A stretch of DNA of 64,000 bases from Calditrichia bacterium (GCA_963796965.1 CAWCNS010000011.1:160001-224000), one strand, 5' to 3'; positions 44,426 to 56,098 are shown, counted from the first letter of the stretch. Notes: generated from the sequence alone by a model not told the origin. A program made the numbers and translations.

Positions 44426-45589
44426 CTATTGAGGTTCCTGGGGTATATCACCATCGGCTATTGAATGTTGATATCGTTCGATAGAAGAATTATCTGTATT
44501 GGTAATATATACAACTTCGTCATCAGAAACTGTTATACCCATCGGATTATTAAATCTCGCATCTACCAGGCCCTTCTTACCCAAGTTTGCCTGTCTTCCA
44601 GCCTTTGCCCCTTTATTAAAGAACTTGCTAACTTTGCCATCATCAGCCGCATCAAGAACAAAAATAGCATCATCTCCACCTAACGCTAAATCCTGGGGCC
44701 CTAAAAACCTATTCAGATCCATGATAGGATCTTCATAAAGCGTATATGCAGCGCTAAAATTATTACCGACTTTTTTAAGTTTCTGAACCAGGAAATTACC
44801 ACCCAGTTGTGTAAAATATATATTGCCCGTATTGTCACAGGTTATGCTTCGCGGATTATCAACAGTTCCGGCTCCCGAACCATATCCTGCAATATCCCTG
44901 ATATAATATCCACTGAAAATCGGGAAGAGATGTTGGCCTACATCAACCGCAGCACTCACATACAAAACCAATTCAAGGATTCGGTTATTTGTTTTATCTG
45001 TAACAAAAACCGTATTATCCTCTACGGGTCCAAATGCGATCCCTTGAAAACTGGCATTTTCATCTTCGTCAATATAGAAAGGATAAACAGACATCACAGA
45101 GTCTATGAGATGGGCATTTGAAGAAAAATCAAGATCACCATTCTCCGTTGTATCAAAGGCAACAGCTTTTACCCCGGTATAATTAATAAATTGATTCCAG
45201 GCATAGATCTTATTTGTACCATTTACGATTAAGAGGTTCAACTTTGAATTTATATCTATAGCGATTGGATGTTCCACCGGAGATATCCGGTCAAATCCCT
45301 GGTATGCTGCTAATTGCCCTGATTGTGTAACCGTAATAATTTTATCATTGTTTTCATCTGCAATAAAGATATACCCGTCATCGCCAATGGTAATATCGAC
45401 CGCTTTCATGGGATTCCTTGCAGAATATCCCATCGAAGAGGCTGTCCAGTCTGGTTTCAGGTGAATATAGGAAGTATCATTAGCACCAAATGATTCCGGT
45501 GAATTTGTTACCGAAGGCAAAGGCATTTTTTCACCACAACCAACGATAATAATAAGTAACAACAATAAATTAAAACCAAAAAATCTCAA
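44426..45589 (-). CDS. NHL-repeat beta-propeller lipoprotein
   Basis: Lipobox IVGC; repeated P..I..D...IFIAD..N motifs. Confidence 0.8.
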   Translation of the reverse strand: MRFFGFNLLLLLIIIVGCGEKMPLPSVTNSPESFGANDTSYIHLKPDWTASSMGYSARNPMKAVDITIGDDGYIFIADENNDKIITVTQSGQLAAYQGFDRISPVEHPIAIDINSKLNLLIVNGTNKIYAWNQFINYTGVKAVAFDTTENGDLDFSSNAHLIDSVMSVYPFYIDEDENASFQGIAFGPVEDNTVFVTDKTNNRILELVLYVSAAVDVGQHLFPIFSGYYIRDIAGYGSGAGTVDNPRSITCDNTGNIYFTQLGGNFLVQKLKKVGNNFSAAYTLYEDPIMDLNRFLGPQDLALGGDDAIFVLDAADDGKVSKFFNKGAKAGRQANLGKKGLVDARFNNPMGITVSDDEVVYITNTDNSSIERYQHSIADGDIPQEPQ

Positions 45590-45600
45590 TCTATTCGCTC

Positions 45601-46593
45601 CTAAAATTGAAAATCTATAGTAAACTGATGGGTTGAGCCAAGATTTGTAAAACTTTTATAAGCATAATCCACGGATAAGTTCATTGAACTTATCGGAATA
45701 TTTAGCCCGGTCCCAATTGTAAATTTCTCTTCATCATAATTTATTTTATAACCCGCTCTCAAGTGCAGCTTTTTTATAAAGCTCAAATCAAGACCGATGA
45801 CCGCATTTTCAGCATTATCCACAGGATGGTTTACCTGCAATGAACTGGTTAAGGTATAATTTTCAGACTCAACAACCTCCATAGCTGTTCCAACTCTAAA
45901 AGTGGTGGGGGGAGAAAATGCCTCATATCCAACAGTGTTATAATTTCCTTCTTTTGTCTCTTTTAAATAACTGCCATCCGGTTTCATATCCGGTCCAAAA
46001 TTTGATAAACCGACAGCAAATCTTAGACTTTTAAATCCTGTCCAGTAAAATGTCCCGATATCAATCATCCATCCGCCCATTTTTAGCTCCGCCAAACCCT
46101 CCTCAACATATTTCACTGTCGTCCCAAAGGAAAATTGATTGGTTAACTTCACTGAAAAAGTTAATGCCCCGAACACATCATAGAACCTAAAAAATTCGCC
46201 ATTACCTGTAGGGTGATATTCTGTGGTTACTTCCATATCCGGCATATGCAACATACCCATACTTAATCCAATGGACCATACATCACTAAAGTGATGAATA
46301 TATCCAAGATATTCATATTGAATATCAACCGGCCACTCGATATGACTTAAGGTCAGCGAATTCCCCTCTACTTGTGCGGCTGCAGCAGGATTCCAGTAAA
46401 GGCTTGTCGCATCATTTGCCATGGCAACAAAGGCACCACTCATGGCAGCAGCATCAGCTCCCACATCAATTTTTAGAAACGTTGCCGCAGCAGTTCCCAC
46501 TCTTTGTCCCCCTAATAAGGGAAAGAGATTCTGAGCAAATACAAACGAACTCAAAAGATGGATACTCAGGATTATATATAGTAGTTTCTTCAT
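45601..46593 (-). CDS. PorV/PorQ (UPF0164) family outer-membrane beta-barrel
   Basis: FLKIDVGA.AAAM..AFVAMANDA.SLYWNPA, LRAGY, terminal DFQF. Confidence 0.88.
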   Translation of the reverse strand: MKKLLYIILSIHLLSSFVFAQNLFPLLGGQRVGTAAATFLKIDVGADAAAMSGAFVAMANDATSLYWNPAAAAQVEGNSLTLSHIEWPVDIQYEYLGYIHHFSDVWSIGLSMGMLHMPDMEVTTEYHPTGNGEFFRFYDVFGALTFSVKLTNQFSFGTTVKYVEEGLAELKMGGWMIDIGTFYWTGFKSLRFAVGLSNFGPDMKPDGSYLKETKEGNYNTVGYEAFSPPTTFRVGTAMEVVESENYTLTSSLQVNHPVDNAENAVIGLDLSFIKKLHLRAGYKINYDEEKFTIGTGLNIPISSMNLSVDYAYKSFTNLGSTHQFTIDFQF

Positions 46594-46624
46594 TTTTCCT
46601 TATAAATCGAGATAATTATAAATT

Positions 46625-49370
46625 TCAAAATCTTACGGACAATCCAAACGTCAACCTTCTTGGCCAACGATATTTTGACGGATTATATCTTGGATCTGGA
46701 TCTGGATTAATAACGCTTGTATAATTACTCGTTAAAGGATCGCCAGGTCTGTATTCCCGTCCGGTATCCGGATTGATTATTCGTGGAATTTTGGCATCGA
46801 AGACATTTTCAATTTCTATTATTGCTGAAAATGTCAAGCCAAAGAGATCAAAGTACTTGTAGAATCTTAAATCCAGTTGTTGCCAATAGGCTGCTATCTT
46901 CGCATTAGGATTACCATCATCATATATTTCGTTTTTAACATCAATCAATTCGGTATATCTTTTTCCTGACTCCAATTCCCAGCGCGCACTCATTCCCCAT
47001 TTAGATGGGAGAGGAAGTCCCAGAAAAGTGATGAGTTCATCGCCAACATGATAATTGAGATCAAGAGTCAGACGAATGGGTACATCCCATGATAAATAAT
47101 TTTCTTTTAACGGTTTTTCTTCAAGTTGCCCCGACGCAACGAGTAAATTATCATTCGGATTTGATGCTTTTCCCTTACTGACCGCATAGGAAAAGTTGAG
47201 CGCGCCAGTTAAATGCTGTGCATATCTCTGTTTAATCCGAAGTTCGATCCCTTTGGAGCGGGCATAATCCATATTGAAATACATGTAATAGCTAATATTT
47301 CCCAGGCGGGGATTTTCCATCTCCACCCTCTCTGAGGAGGGATAGCCAAACATATCTTTATAATAGGCTTTTAAATCCATGACAAGATTTTCATTAAACT
47401 TGTGTTTTAATCCAATTTCATAGGCAACGGTTGTCGTCGGATTAAGATTTGGATTTCCAAAGAGTTGATAGGTGGCTGGAGAAGTAGATTTTAATTTTGC
47501 ATAGACATATTGCCCTTTGGGTTGTTGCGAAAAATGCCCATAGTGAAAATAAAGAACATCACGATCAGAAATGGGATGTGAAATTCCAATTCTGGGGCTC
47601 AAATGTCCTTTACCTCTCAACCCAAAGAGTTCAAATGTTTCTTCATAAAAAATCCGACGTGCTTCATCAGAAATAATAATCGTTTCCGGATCATCAATGG
47701 CTTCCTGTACAAATTTACCGGGAAACCAATAATCATACCGCAATCCTATATTAACAATCATTCCGTCGTATTTAATTTGATCCTGAACATAAATATTGCC
47801 CATGTATGAATGAACCTGATAGATATCATAACTTCTTCCAAAACCAGCATCGCTATCTACCCATGGATCGACAATATCAACCACCTGCATTTTTGTAGAA
47901 GCTATTTCAAAACCGGCTTTGAATTGTTGATCATTTGTTATCTGGCTGGTTATTTCAGATTTAAGCGACCAGCGGTCGCTATAGTAGTCATACCATTGTC
48001 CAGAATCACCATAGTCATAAAATCCATCACCACGCCTGATTGTCAAATTTCCCTGCGAATCAGGGAGATAACGTATGGGGTATAAATCCAATCGTTCGGA
48101 ATAATCCGACCAGTGTTTATTTTGTACAGAACTATGGGTAGAATTATAAAAATCACTTACGGTGACTTCATAAAATGTTCGTGGACTAACCGTATGTTTC
48201 CAGATGAGATTGACTAATATTGCTTCGGTTGTAAATGTTGGGTAATTATCCAGATTTTGACTGAATTCATAAGGATAATAAGCGGATGAGATCAAATATC
48301 TTCTAAAAAATCCCTGGTTGATTCCCAAAGACCGATCATAGGAGAGAGAAATCTTCTGACTGGGATTTATTTTCCAGGTGAGTTTGCCTAATACATGCCA
48401 GTCATTTTCCTGTCTCGGTGCAAACATATCAAGAGAGGAGCGACTGGGATATAATTGAGCGGCCTGATTGAGATAGGTATCAGAAATATTCCCATAACCG
48501 GATAGAAAAAATGATAATTGACCAGGCAGATCCAGGCCAATTGTAGGAAGAATATAATTTGTTAAAGGCTCAGGCCCGCCAAAATCAAATTCAACAATTT
48601 GGGTATTGGCATTGTTAAAGGCACCTAATCCCAGATGATCGGATTTGATTTTAAAACTACCGGAATAGGTATCATCACCTTCTTTTGTCACCACATCTAT
48701 AATCCCGGACATGGCCTGACCATATTCAGCGTTAAATCCACCCGTGACAACTTTTAGCTCTTTAATCGCATCCGGGTTCACATAAACCGTATTACCATAA
48801 CCAGATAAAGGATCTTTAACAGAAACACCATCGATGATATACATGCTTTCATCAGCCCGGCCACCGCGAATGTGAATTTCACCATCTGACTTTACAACAC
48901 CGGCCTGCTGGGCGACGATATCGTCCAGGCTTTCTACTATCTTTTGCTCTATATCTCCTGAAGTAAAGGACTCCTCTGATGAGGTTAGATCTACTTCTAA
49001 AAGCGGCTTTTTACCAACTACTTCTATTTCCTCTCCAAAGGCAAGAATCGACTCTTCTAATTCAACTTCTATAACTACCGTTTCACCGGGAGCAACTTCA
49101 ACACCGGTCTTCAGATAAATTTTATAACCGATGATGGACACTTCAATATCATATTGTCCGGGGTTAATATTACTGATCAGAAACTGTCCTTCAAGATCAG
49201 TGGCAGCTCCCATATAAGTCCCTTTTAGTTCAACATTCACACCGGCCAGAGGCTCCTGCGGTTCTGAGCATCTATTACCGTACCCGCAATTTTACCTTTC
49301 TCGCCGTTCTGAGCCATGGACGGAGACAGAGAGAAAAAAGAATCAGAGTAAGTATAATCAATTTATTCAT
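46625..49370 (-). CDS. TonB-dependent receptor with carboxypeptidase-regulatory-like N-domain (frameshift near 49260)
   Basis: Signal peptide from ATG 49370 (ATGA overlap), GKIAGTVID, IHIRGGR, TGGFNAEYGQAMSG, GNPNLNP, terminal VRF. Confidence 0.92.
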
Positions 49371-50840
49371 TGTGCAAACTCTTCTTCCAGGATATATTCA
49401 AGGACAGACTCCAAATTTGAATTACCATAAAGATCGTGAAAAGGTAATGAAAAATATATGGATTCACCCTGCCCAACTTCATACCTCAGTCCTACCGCCG
49501 GCGAGCCCTTATAGGGCACCGATGTACTGGCTGTTGAATCCGGCTCCATGCGATAAACTACATCGGCATTGGAACCCGGTATTAGTGCCGAAACCCTAAC
49601 AGCAATTAACGTCCCGAGTTTCAAATTTCTCAGGGAATCTTCCGGTGTATTGGTAAATGAAGCAAGAACCTCCAATCCCGGCAACAATCTTCCTCCAGGG
49701 TTTAACTTGTAGACGGAATCAATATCCGTAAATGTCCAGAGCGTATCAGGTACGACCTCGTTACCGTTGGTAATAAAAACTTTGCCGCCATCGGCCATAT
49801 ATTGGGTCAGACTTAATCCTGCTTCTGAAAGATTGGTTCTGCCATAATAGGAAAACCAGATTATTTTACTAAAATAGAATAGATTTGCCTTAATATCCGC
49901 TGTTGCATAGGGCAGACTATTTTGAGGATTGATCTCCGGATTACTGGCAGTTCCAATTTCCCAGACACTATATCCATTTTCTCCTACTATATTTTTTAGC
50001 ATATCTTCATAAATAGTCTGAACAATATGAGTATTTTGATCCAAAGCATAATCATTTACTAATAGAACATCCCCAATAGGCTCTTTTACTTCCCAGGTGT
50101 TTGGAACATCATTGTCATCAGGATCAGGGAACGAAATGATATTGCTTTCTGCGCCGGCAATATCTTCTGCTTTTAGAAAGAAACGATGTTCCCCGGTATC
50201 TAATCCTGTTAATGTAATGCTTCGGCTGTCTCCGGGTAGTTCAATCCAGGAATTGGTATCATCCAGAGCATAATATATTTTTGTAACCGTTTCCAGAACC
50301 ATCCGGATCTGAAACATCCCAGATAAAAGTCCGTGTTGGGAATGTATAGGCCGTGACATTGGGATTTCCTGCTGGGGCCGGAGGATTCGAATTCAACTTA
50401 AATTCAATTTCCGGCATTGAATTAAAGACCGGAAATATTTGTACAGCAGGCGTCGGATCATTCAAACTATCGTTGTCCACCGCCCAGACCCGGAAAGTAA
50501 ATTCATCATAACTTGAACGAATCGGTACAAAAAAAGTATCATATTCTGAAGTTGTCCAGACTGGTTTATCCTGATAATCCCATTGATAATAATATCCAAC
50601 AACCTGGCCATCTTTGTCATCACCCCACCAGTGCAGAATCTGTTTGCTCGCCGTCGTTGCGATACCTATAAAATCTGATGAATCAACCTCAACCGTATCG
50701 GGTGCCGGGAATAAAAACAAAAAGGTTTCCGGCGATTGATTTCCCATCATACCCGACTCTTTATCCGGATGAAAGGGGTTGGTATCACAGGTGACAGAAT
50801 AAAATGCTAAAAGAACTAATAATAAATAATTTCTTGTCAT
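49367..50840 (-). CDS. Hypothetical lipoprotein with two Ig/FnIII-like domains (frameshift near 50295)
   Basis: Lipobox-like SVTC; NQSPET..W.GDD.DG..F.VWAVDN repeated as W..SDPDG..FFLKAED. Confidence 0.75.
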
Positions 50841-50903
50841 ACGCTTCCAAATAGGTCTGAAAATCATCTGATTAATTCAACCTGTTAACAAAACCATGAA
50901 AAT

Positions 50904-50938
50904 ATTCTCGTTCCCGATTGCAAATCGGGAACGAGAAT
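50904..50938 (-). terminator. Perfect 16-bp stem-loop within the TBDR cluster
   Basis: ATTCTCGTTCCCGATT-GCA-AATCGGGAACGAGAAT. Confidence 0.7.
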
Positions 50939-51047
50939 TTGAAAAATTTAAAGATATAATGTGCTTTATGTATTGTTTGTATCATCTGATACTGAAATAT
51001 TTTACTCAAGAATCATTCGATACTATGTACATCTATGAAAACTTCCC

Positions 51048-53670
51048 TTATTTAATCAGGACCATTTTCTTTGAATCCACAAACGAGCCGGCTTTGATCC
51101 GATAAATATAGACGCCTGTCGGGACCTGAAATCCATGATCACTTTTTCCATCCCAGTTAACGACATGACTTCCGGCTTTAAAACTTTCCTTCACCAGAGT
51201 CCGGATCCTTTGTCCAAGCATATTATAAACCATAATGGTTACATCATGTGACTTAGGAATTTCAAAATAAATCCGGGTTTCGGGATTGAATGGATTCGGG
51301 AAATTTTGTTTCAATTGGTATGTTAAGGGTATAGGCTGGAAATCAGTATCAATACCAACCACAGAACCAAAATCAGCCGCACTTCCAACTTCCAATTTAA
51401 AAGTACCAAAACTGAACACAAAAGCACCCTGAATCATATCTACCTGATCTCCCTCGCGAATGGTATCCCCAAATGCATAAAGGAAATCATCGCCCACATA
51501 AAAATCAGGGAATTCACAGTCATCATCGACTAAACAGGGACCTGTTCCGTCATCGAACGTAACATCATATGAATTAATCGATGTTAAGGTAGCATTTTCG
51601 ATTTTAACAAAACTGCCCTCATAAGACTCCGCGACGTCACTACTATCTTCATTCAGATCGGCCGTACTAACCAATACACTATTAATAGATTCTCCGCTAC
51701 TTATAACTTTGACAGAATCAGCTAATATAAGTGTATTATTATCAAACATATAAGACCATTCGGGATTATAGTCTGTCACCGTTCCATTTACTTTTACTTC
51801 GTCACCATTCTGAAGATTCAGCCCCATCCCCTCAGCATAGACATACAGACCATTCCATGCGCCTTCTGCATCCTGAATCGGAAAGGAGACATAACCATTC
51901 AAATTAAGCGTATCGGCACATAACACGCCGGTAATCTCAACATCAACACCTTCAAAAGGTGAATCAGCCAATTCCCATGGTGTGTATTGAATATCACTTA
52001 TGGTGAGAGAACCATCTGTCACCGGATAGCAAAGATTTTGTATGGTCGTATCGGACGGAGCGGCTGCCACCTGATCTTTGTCATCAGTAACAACAATATA
52101 ATAATCCACCCAACTTCCCAATGCCTGAGCAGGGATTACCGCTGAGAAATTTCCCTCATTATCAGTCATAGGAACTTCAACCCTTTCACCCTTATCTACA
52201 CGATAGTATAAGGAAGCATCCGTAATAGTGAGTTCTGTTTCCACATCAACAGAAACGGTCACGGCATCCGCAGCCGTTGGAATTCCCACATCTCTTATTA
52301 CATTACTTAGAACAGGGGGTCCGCCACCTCCCCATACGATATCTGTTGTGTAAAGTGGTTCGAGTTTGTATGCAGTTGAATCATTATAACTCCCATAATG
52401 ATGATACACCCAACCACGAAGGGAGTCAGCAATACTTCCCACTGGTGGATCGGGATAGTTGGCGAGACTGTCAGAGTCATCATCAACCAATACCGAACCG
52501 GATCCATCATCTACCTCAAAAAGCTCAAATTGTGGCAAAAGATTAATGGCTTTAGCATTCTTCACATAGACCATTACATTGCCCCATTGTTCGGCGGTAG
52601 CAGGCATACGTAAATCACCGGTTTCAACATAATCAGGATCGGGAATAGGTTGTCCAATATCGAGGATCTGAATAGGACTTGTAATCCAGAACTCTGTCAT
52701 ATTGCTCGGGCCGGTAGTATATTCCCCAATATACCCTGACATTTCTATCAGATCACCTTCCAAAAGTTGTGGATAAGCAGATGAATCGGCATTATAAGAT
52801 AATATGCTACTCCATGGGCCACCACCAACCTCAGAAAAGATAAATTTAATTCCATCTCCGGCATAACTCAATCCTGAAGGCATGGTAACTACACCCGTAA
52901 CCGTTATGGTATCACCATCCAGATAAGAAGTATCCGAAGTTTCATCAACCGGTGCTTTTAGAAGATCACTGTATCGTGACCTGTTGAACTCTTTGAATCC
53001 TGGTATAGTCTCCACCTTCAACAATATCATAAGCCAAACGTGGCCAAATTTTTCTCTCACCATGAGAATAATCCATAACGCCTGTAACACTCTTAACAGA
53101 CTCATAATTTGCAGGATCAAAATAGCACTCTGCATAATCATCTAATCTACAGACACCGGATCCGTCATCTACTTCCCATTCACCATAACCAAGATCCGCG
53201 TTTGTAATGGCAGCGTCTGCAATCTGGATAAGGACACCCTCGTAAGCTTCAGCATTGGCACCACCGGTTCCGATCTCTCCCGTGGTCACCAGCGTCGGCA
53301 TGACCGTTTTGCCACTATCAAGCAGGACATATTCGGTTACACTTGCCAATTGTGTCAAACCATTGTATTGACTGACGGTTGCCGTAATTCGAACGCTATC
53401 TCCATAGGCATTTTTCCTATCCCAATCACCATAAACCAGAATCCCGCTCCAGGGGCCTGAACCATCCTGAATAAAATACCGGCCATCAAATGCCCATCTT
53501 TCAGCACTAATGGTTCCCTCAACGGTCACCGTACTATCAAGTAAATGGGATGTACCGTCACCAGGGCCACCGGTTGTATCCTGAACATCAGCAATCGTTG
53601 TAACAATCTGCCCAAAACCTGCGCTGGCCAGAAATAAACCAAAACAAAAAATGAGTAAAAGTTTTGTCAT
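51048..53670 (-). CDS. Secreted protein with three tandem OB-fold modules, an Ig-like domain and a FlgD-Ig/T9SS-like CTD (frameshift near 52978)
   Basis: Three repeats QD..G.WSGI..GD.V..E.YEG..DDGSG...DD; QNFPNPFNP..WDG..GVYIYRI; SD GGAGGA. Confidence 0.85.
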
Positions 53671-53833
53671 AATATTTCTCCTCCAATAAAAGAACATGAC
53701 ATTAACTGATTATAATGAATTAGCACCTCCAAATTTCTTACCTAACACCCTCCTATATTTAAAGTATAACCTACCTATTATAATAATCTAAAGTGTATGC
53801 TTTTATCACTTAAAGACGCAACTAATCAAATCA

Positions 53834-56098
53834 TTATTTAATTACCAGGAATTTACCTGTGTAGATCTCTCCGGAATCATCATCTTTGACAGAGTATAAA
53901 TATAACCCCGTTGCGATAGCCTGATTTTGCCTGGTTATTAGATCCCAGGCATGCTCCCCACCGGAATAGACTGTTTTTTGTGACGCCACACCTTGCGACA
54001 AGCGATTAACATCCGCGCCAGAATAGTTTGCTGCATCATGCCTTATTTCATCAATAAGATCACCCGCCAATGAATAAATTCTGATCGTAGAATTTGCCGG
54101 TAAATTGGCAAACCAGATCAGGCGATCACGTGTGCCGGTTCCATCCCACAGGGCACCAGCCCGATAGGGGTTTGGATACACATATATTTCCCTGTTGCCG
54201 TCAACCGAAGGAAGTTTTCCGGGAACCGCATAGGTCAGATTCTCATTAATGGAACTTTCCATGCTCTGTAATTTATTTGCCGGATTTCCTTTATCATAGG
54301 AAGTTATCGAATAAAAATATTTTCCTGACCAACCATTTAGCAAATTATTGTTTACAAAACGATACTTATAGTCTTTACCGTTAATGGTTGTGTCATAGCG
54401 AACAGCCCCAAATCCTGTCTCGTAGCCAAGGGCCATGCTATCGATCACGTCAAATTGCGCTAGTAAGGTCGCTTCTTCACTACTCCCAAAGGTCTTGGGT
54501 GAGCTGTAGATACGATAGCCTTCGAAATCCTTTTCCCGCGTAATGGGATCTTCATACTTTTCCGGAAAATCATCCCAATACAGACTTACCTTACGATCTC
54601 CCGGTATAACTGCTATATTTGGTGAAGGAGGTGGTGAAGGCAGAATATACCTGTCAATCACGCCATTTGAATCCACAATACCACGTTGGAAATTCACATG
54701 ACTGTCTTCAAAGATATCTAAATTACCATCTTCATCACCAAAGACCTCTTCTCCCAGATTCCAGATTCCATTTCCATCAAGATCCAAATCAGCCCGGTAC
54801 GTATCTTCATCGGGATCGAGTATACCGTTCTTGTTCACATCTTCATCAGGATCTAATTTTCCATCGCCATCAACATCTTCACCATTATAGGCAACCTGTG
54901 CCCAATCTGAATTTATTCTTAGATTTGACCTTCTGGCAGGGGAATCAGATGCGCCGTCACCCCAGAATCCGCACACAACGGCAAAGACGACATTGAGACT
55001 ATCGCCTGGTTCAATATTACCAAGCGGACCAATGGAGAGCAACAGCATCCAACTGGCCAGGTCATCGACCGTGGACGGAGTAGGCGCTATCGGTGTCGAC
55101 GACAATTTTTGATATCTTTCTTCATCCGTTGTGGGCATAAAGAAATCCAGATCTGAAGAATTATTCCATTCCCACTGATCATAATGGACCTTATAATCTG
55201 TATTGGTGACGGAAGTACCCAGAGCACGTATACCCACGTAACTTTCTGAGAACCCATTATCACCATCAAAATCAAATTGATACCCCATGTTATAGTCACG
55301 ATCAAAACCGTTTAAATTATCATACCAGGTAAACCCTCCACCAGGTTCATAGGCACTGGTGTAATTCATATTAGCAATAGAGGCATCCACCCATAGTCCT
55401 GTATAGACATCTCTTATGGGATATTGCGATCGGTTTATAAAAGTATAATTTAAAATCACAAAAGCATCCGCATAGGAATAGTTCCAGGCATAGGATTCCA
55501 GATGGACATCCACCCCCAGAGGGATATGATTAATGAGTTCGATCTCTGTTCCGGGAACGACCAGATTCTTATCAGTAAAATCACAGATAAAATCCTGATG
55601 CGAAATGGCCATGGGATCAAAGAGGGGTGAGGTGACAATTGATGATCGCTCTTTTATAATATCACTCTCATCAGCAGAGTTGGTAAATTCAAAGCCGGCC
55701 TCGCCATACTCAAAGACGCCGTCAACAATAGCGGTGGACACAAGTGTTTGCTCTTCCCCATCCATACCGCCCACTCCGCCGAACCATAAGCCGGCATAAG
55801 AGAAATGTTCAATCTGTTCTTTTTCTCTGGCGGATTGATATTTATACTGACAGGAGGGTTGATCCTGTAAGGCGTTAGAGTAGCCTTGCCCTAATAATCC
55901 GTAATTGGTGACCGTCATTCCCAGATTTCCCACATTATGATAATGCGAATAATCATCGACTGTGGGTTTGAAAAAGACGTGATTAGAAAGGGTATCTCTA
56001 TTAGCAGGGTAGGTTTGGCTAAAAAGGGTATTAAAAAACAAAAGAATACTTAAAAATAAAAAATAGTGACTTACATAAAGGGATGTTTTACGAATCAT
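53834..56098 (-). CDS. Large exported protein typical of TBDR-PorV clusters (Ca-binding-like repeats, FnIII-like domain, VYPNPY-type CTD)
   Basis: HNVGNLGMTVTNYG, PPPSP..GDRKVSLYW, DFEGYRIY, VYPNPY..WDLIT..IATGLYLY..GKFLVIK. Confidence 0.8.
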   Translation of the reverse strand: MIRKTSLYVSHYFLFLSILLFFNTLFSQTYPANRDTLSNHVFFKPTVDDYSHYHNVGNLGMTVTNYGLLGQGYSNALQDQPSCQYKYQSAREKEQIEHFSYAGLWFGGVGGMDGEEQTLVSTAIVDGVFEYGEAGFEFTNSADESDIIKERSSIVTSPLFDPMAISHQDFICDFTDKNLVVPGTEIELINHIPLGVDVHLESYAWNYSYADAFVILNYTFINRSQYPIRDVYTGLWVDASIANMNYTSAYEPGGGFTWYDNLNGFDRDYNMGYQFDFDGDNGFSESYVGIRALGTSVTNTDYKVHYDQWEWNNSSDLDFFMPTTDEERYQKLSSTPIAPTPSTVDDLASWMLLLSIGPLGNIEPGDSLNVVFAVVCGFWGDGASDSPARRSNLRINSDWAQVAYNGEDVDGDGKLDPDEDVNKNGILDPDEDTYRADLDLDGNGIWNLGEEVFGDEDGNLDIFEDSHVNFQRGIVDSNGVIDRYILPSPPPSPNIAVIPGDRKVSLYWDDFPEKYEDPITREKDFEGYRIYSSPKTFGSSEEATLLAQFDVIDSMALGYETGFGAVRYDTTINGKDYKYRFVNNNLLNGWSGKYFYSITSYDKGNPANKLQSMESSINENLTYAVPGKLPSVDGNREIYVYPNPYRAGALWDGTGTRDRLIWFANLPANSTIRIYSLAGDLIDEIRHDAANYSGADVNRLSQGVASQKTVYSGGEHAWDLITRQNQAIATGLYLYSVKDDDSGEIYTGKFLVIK

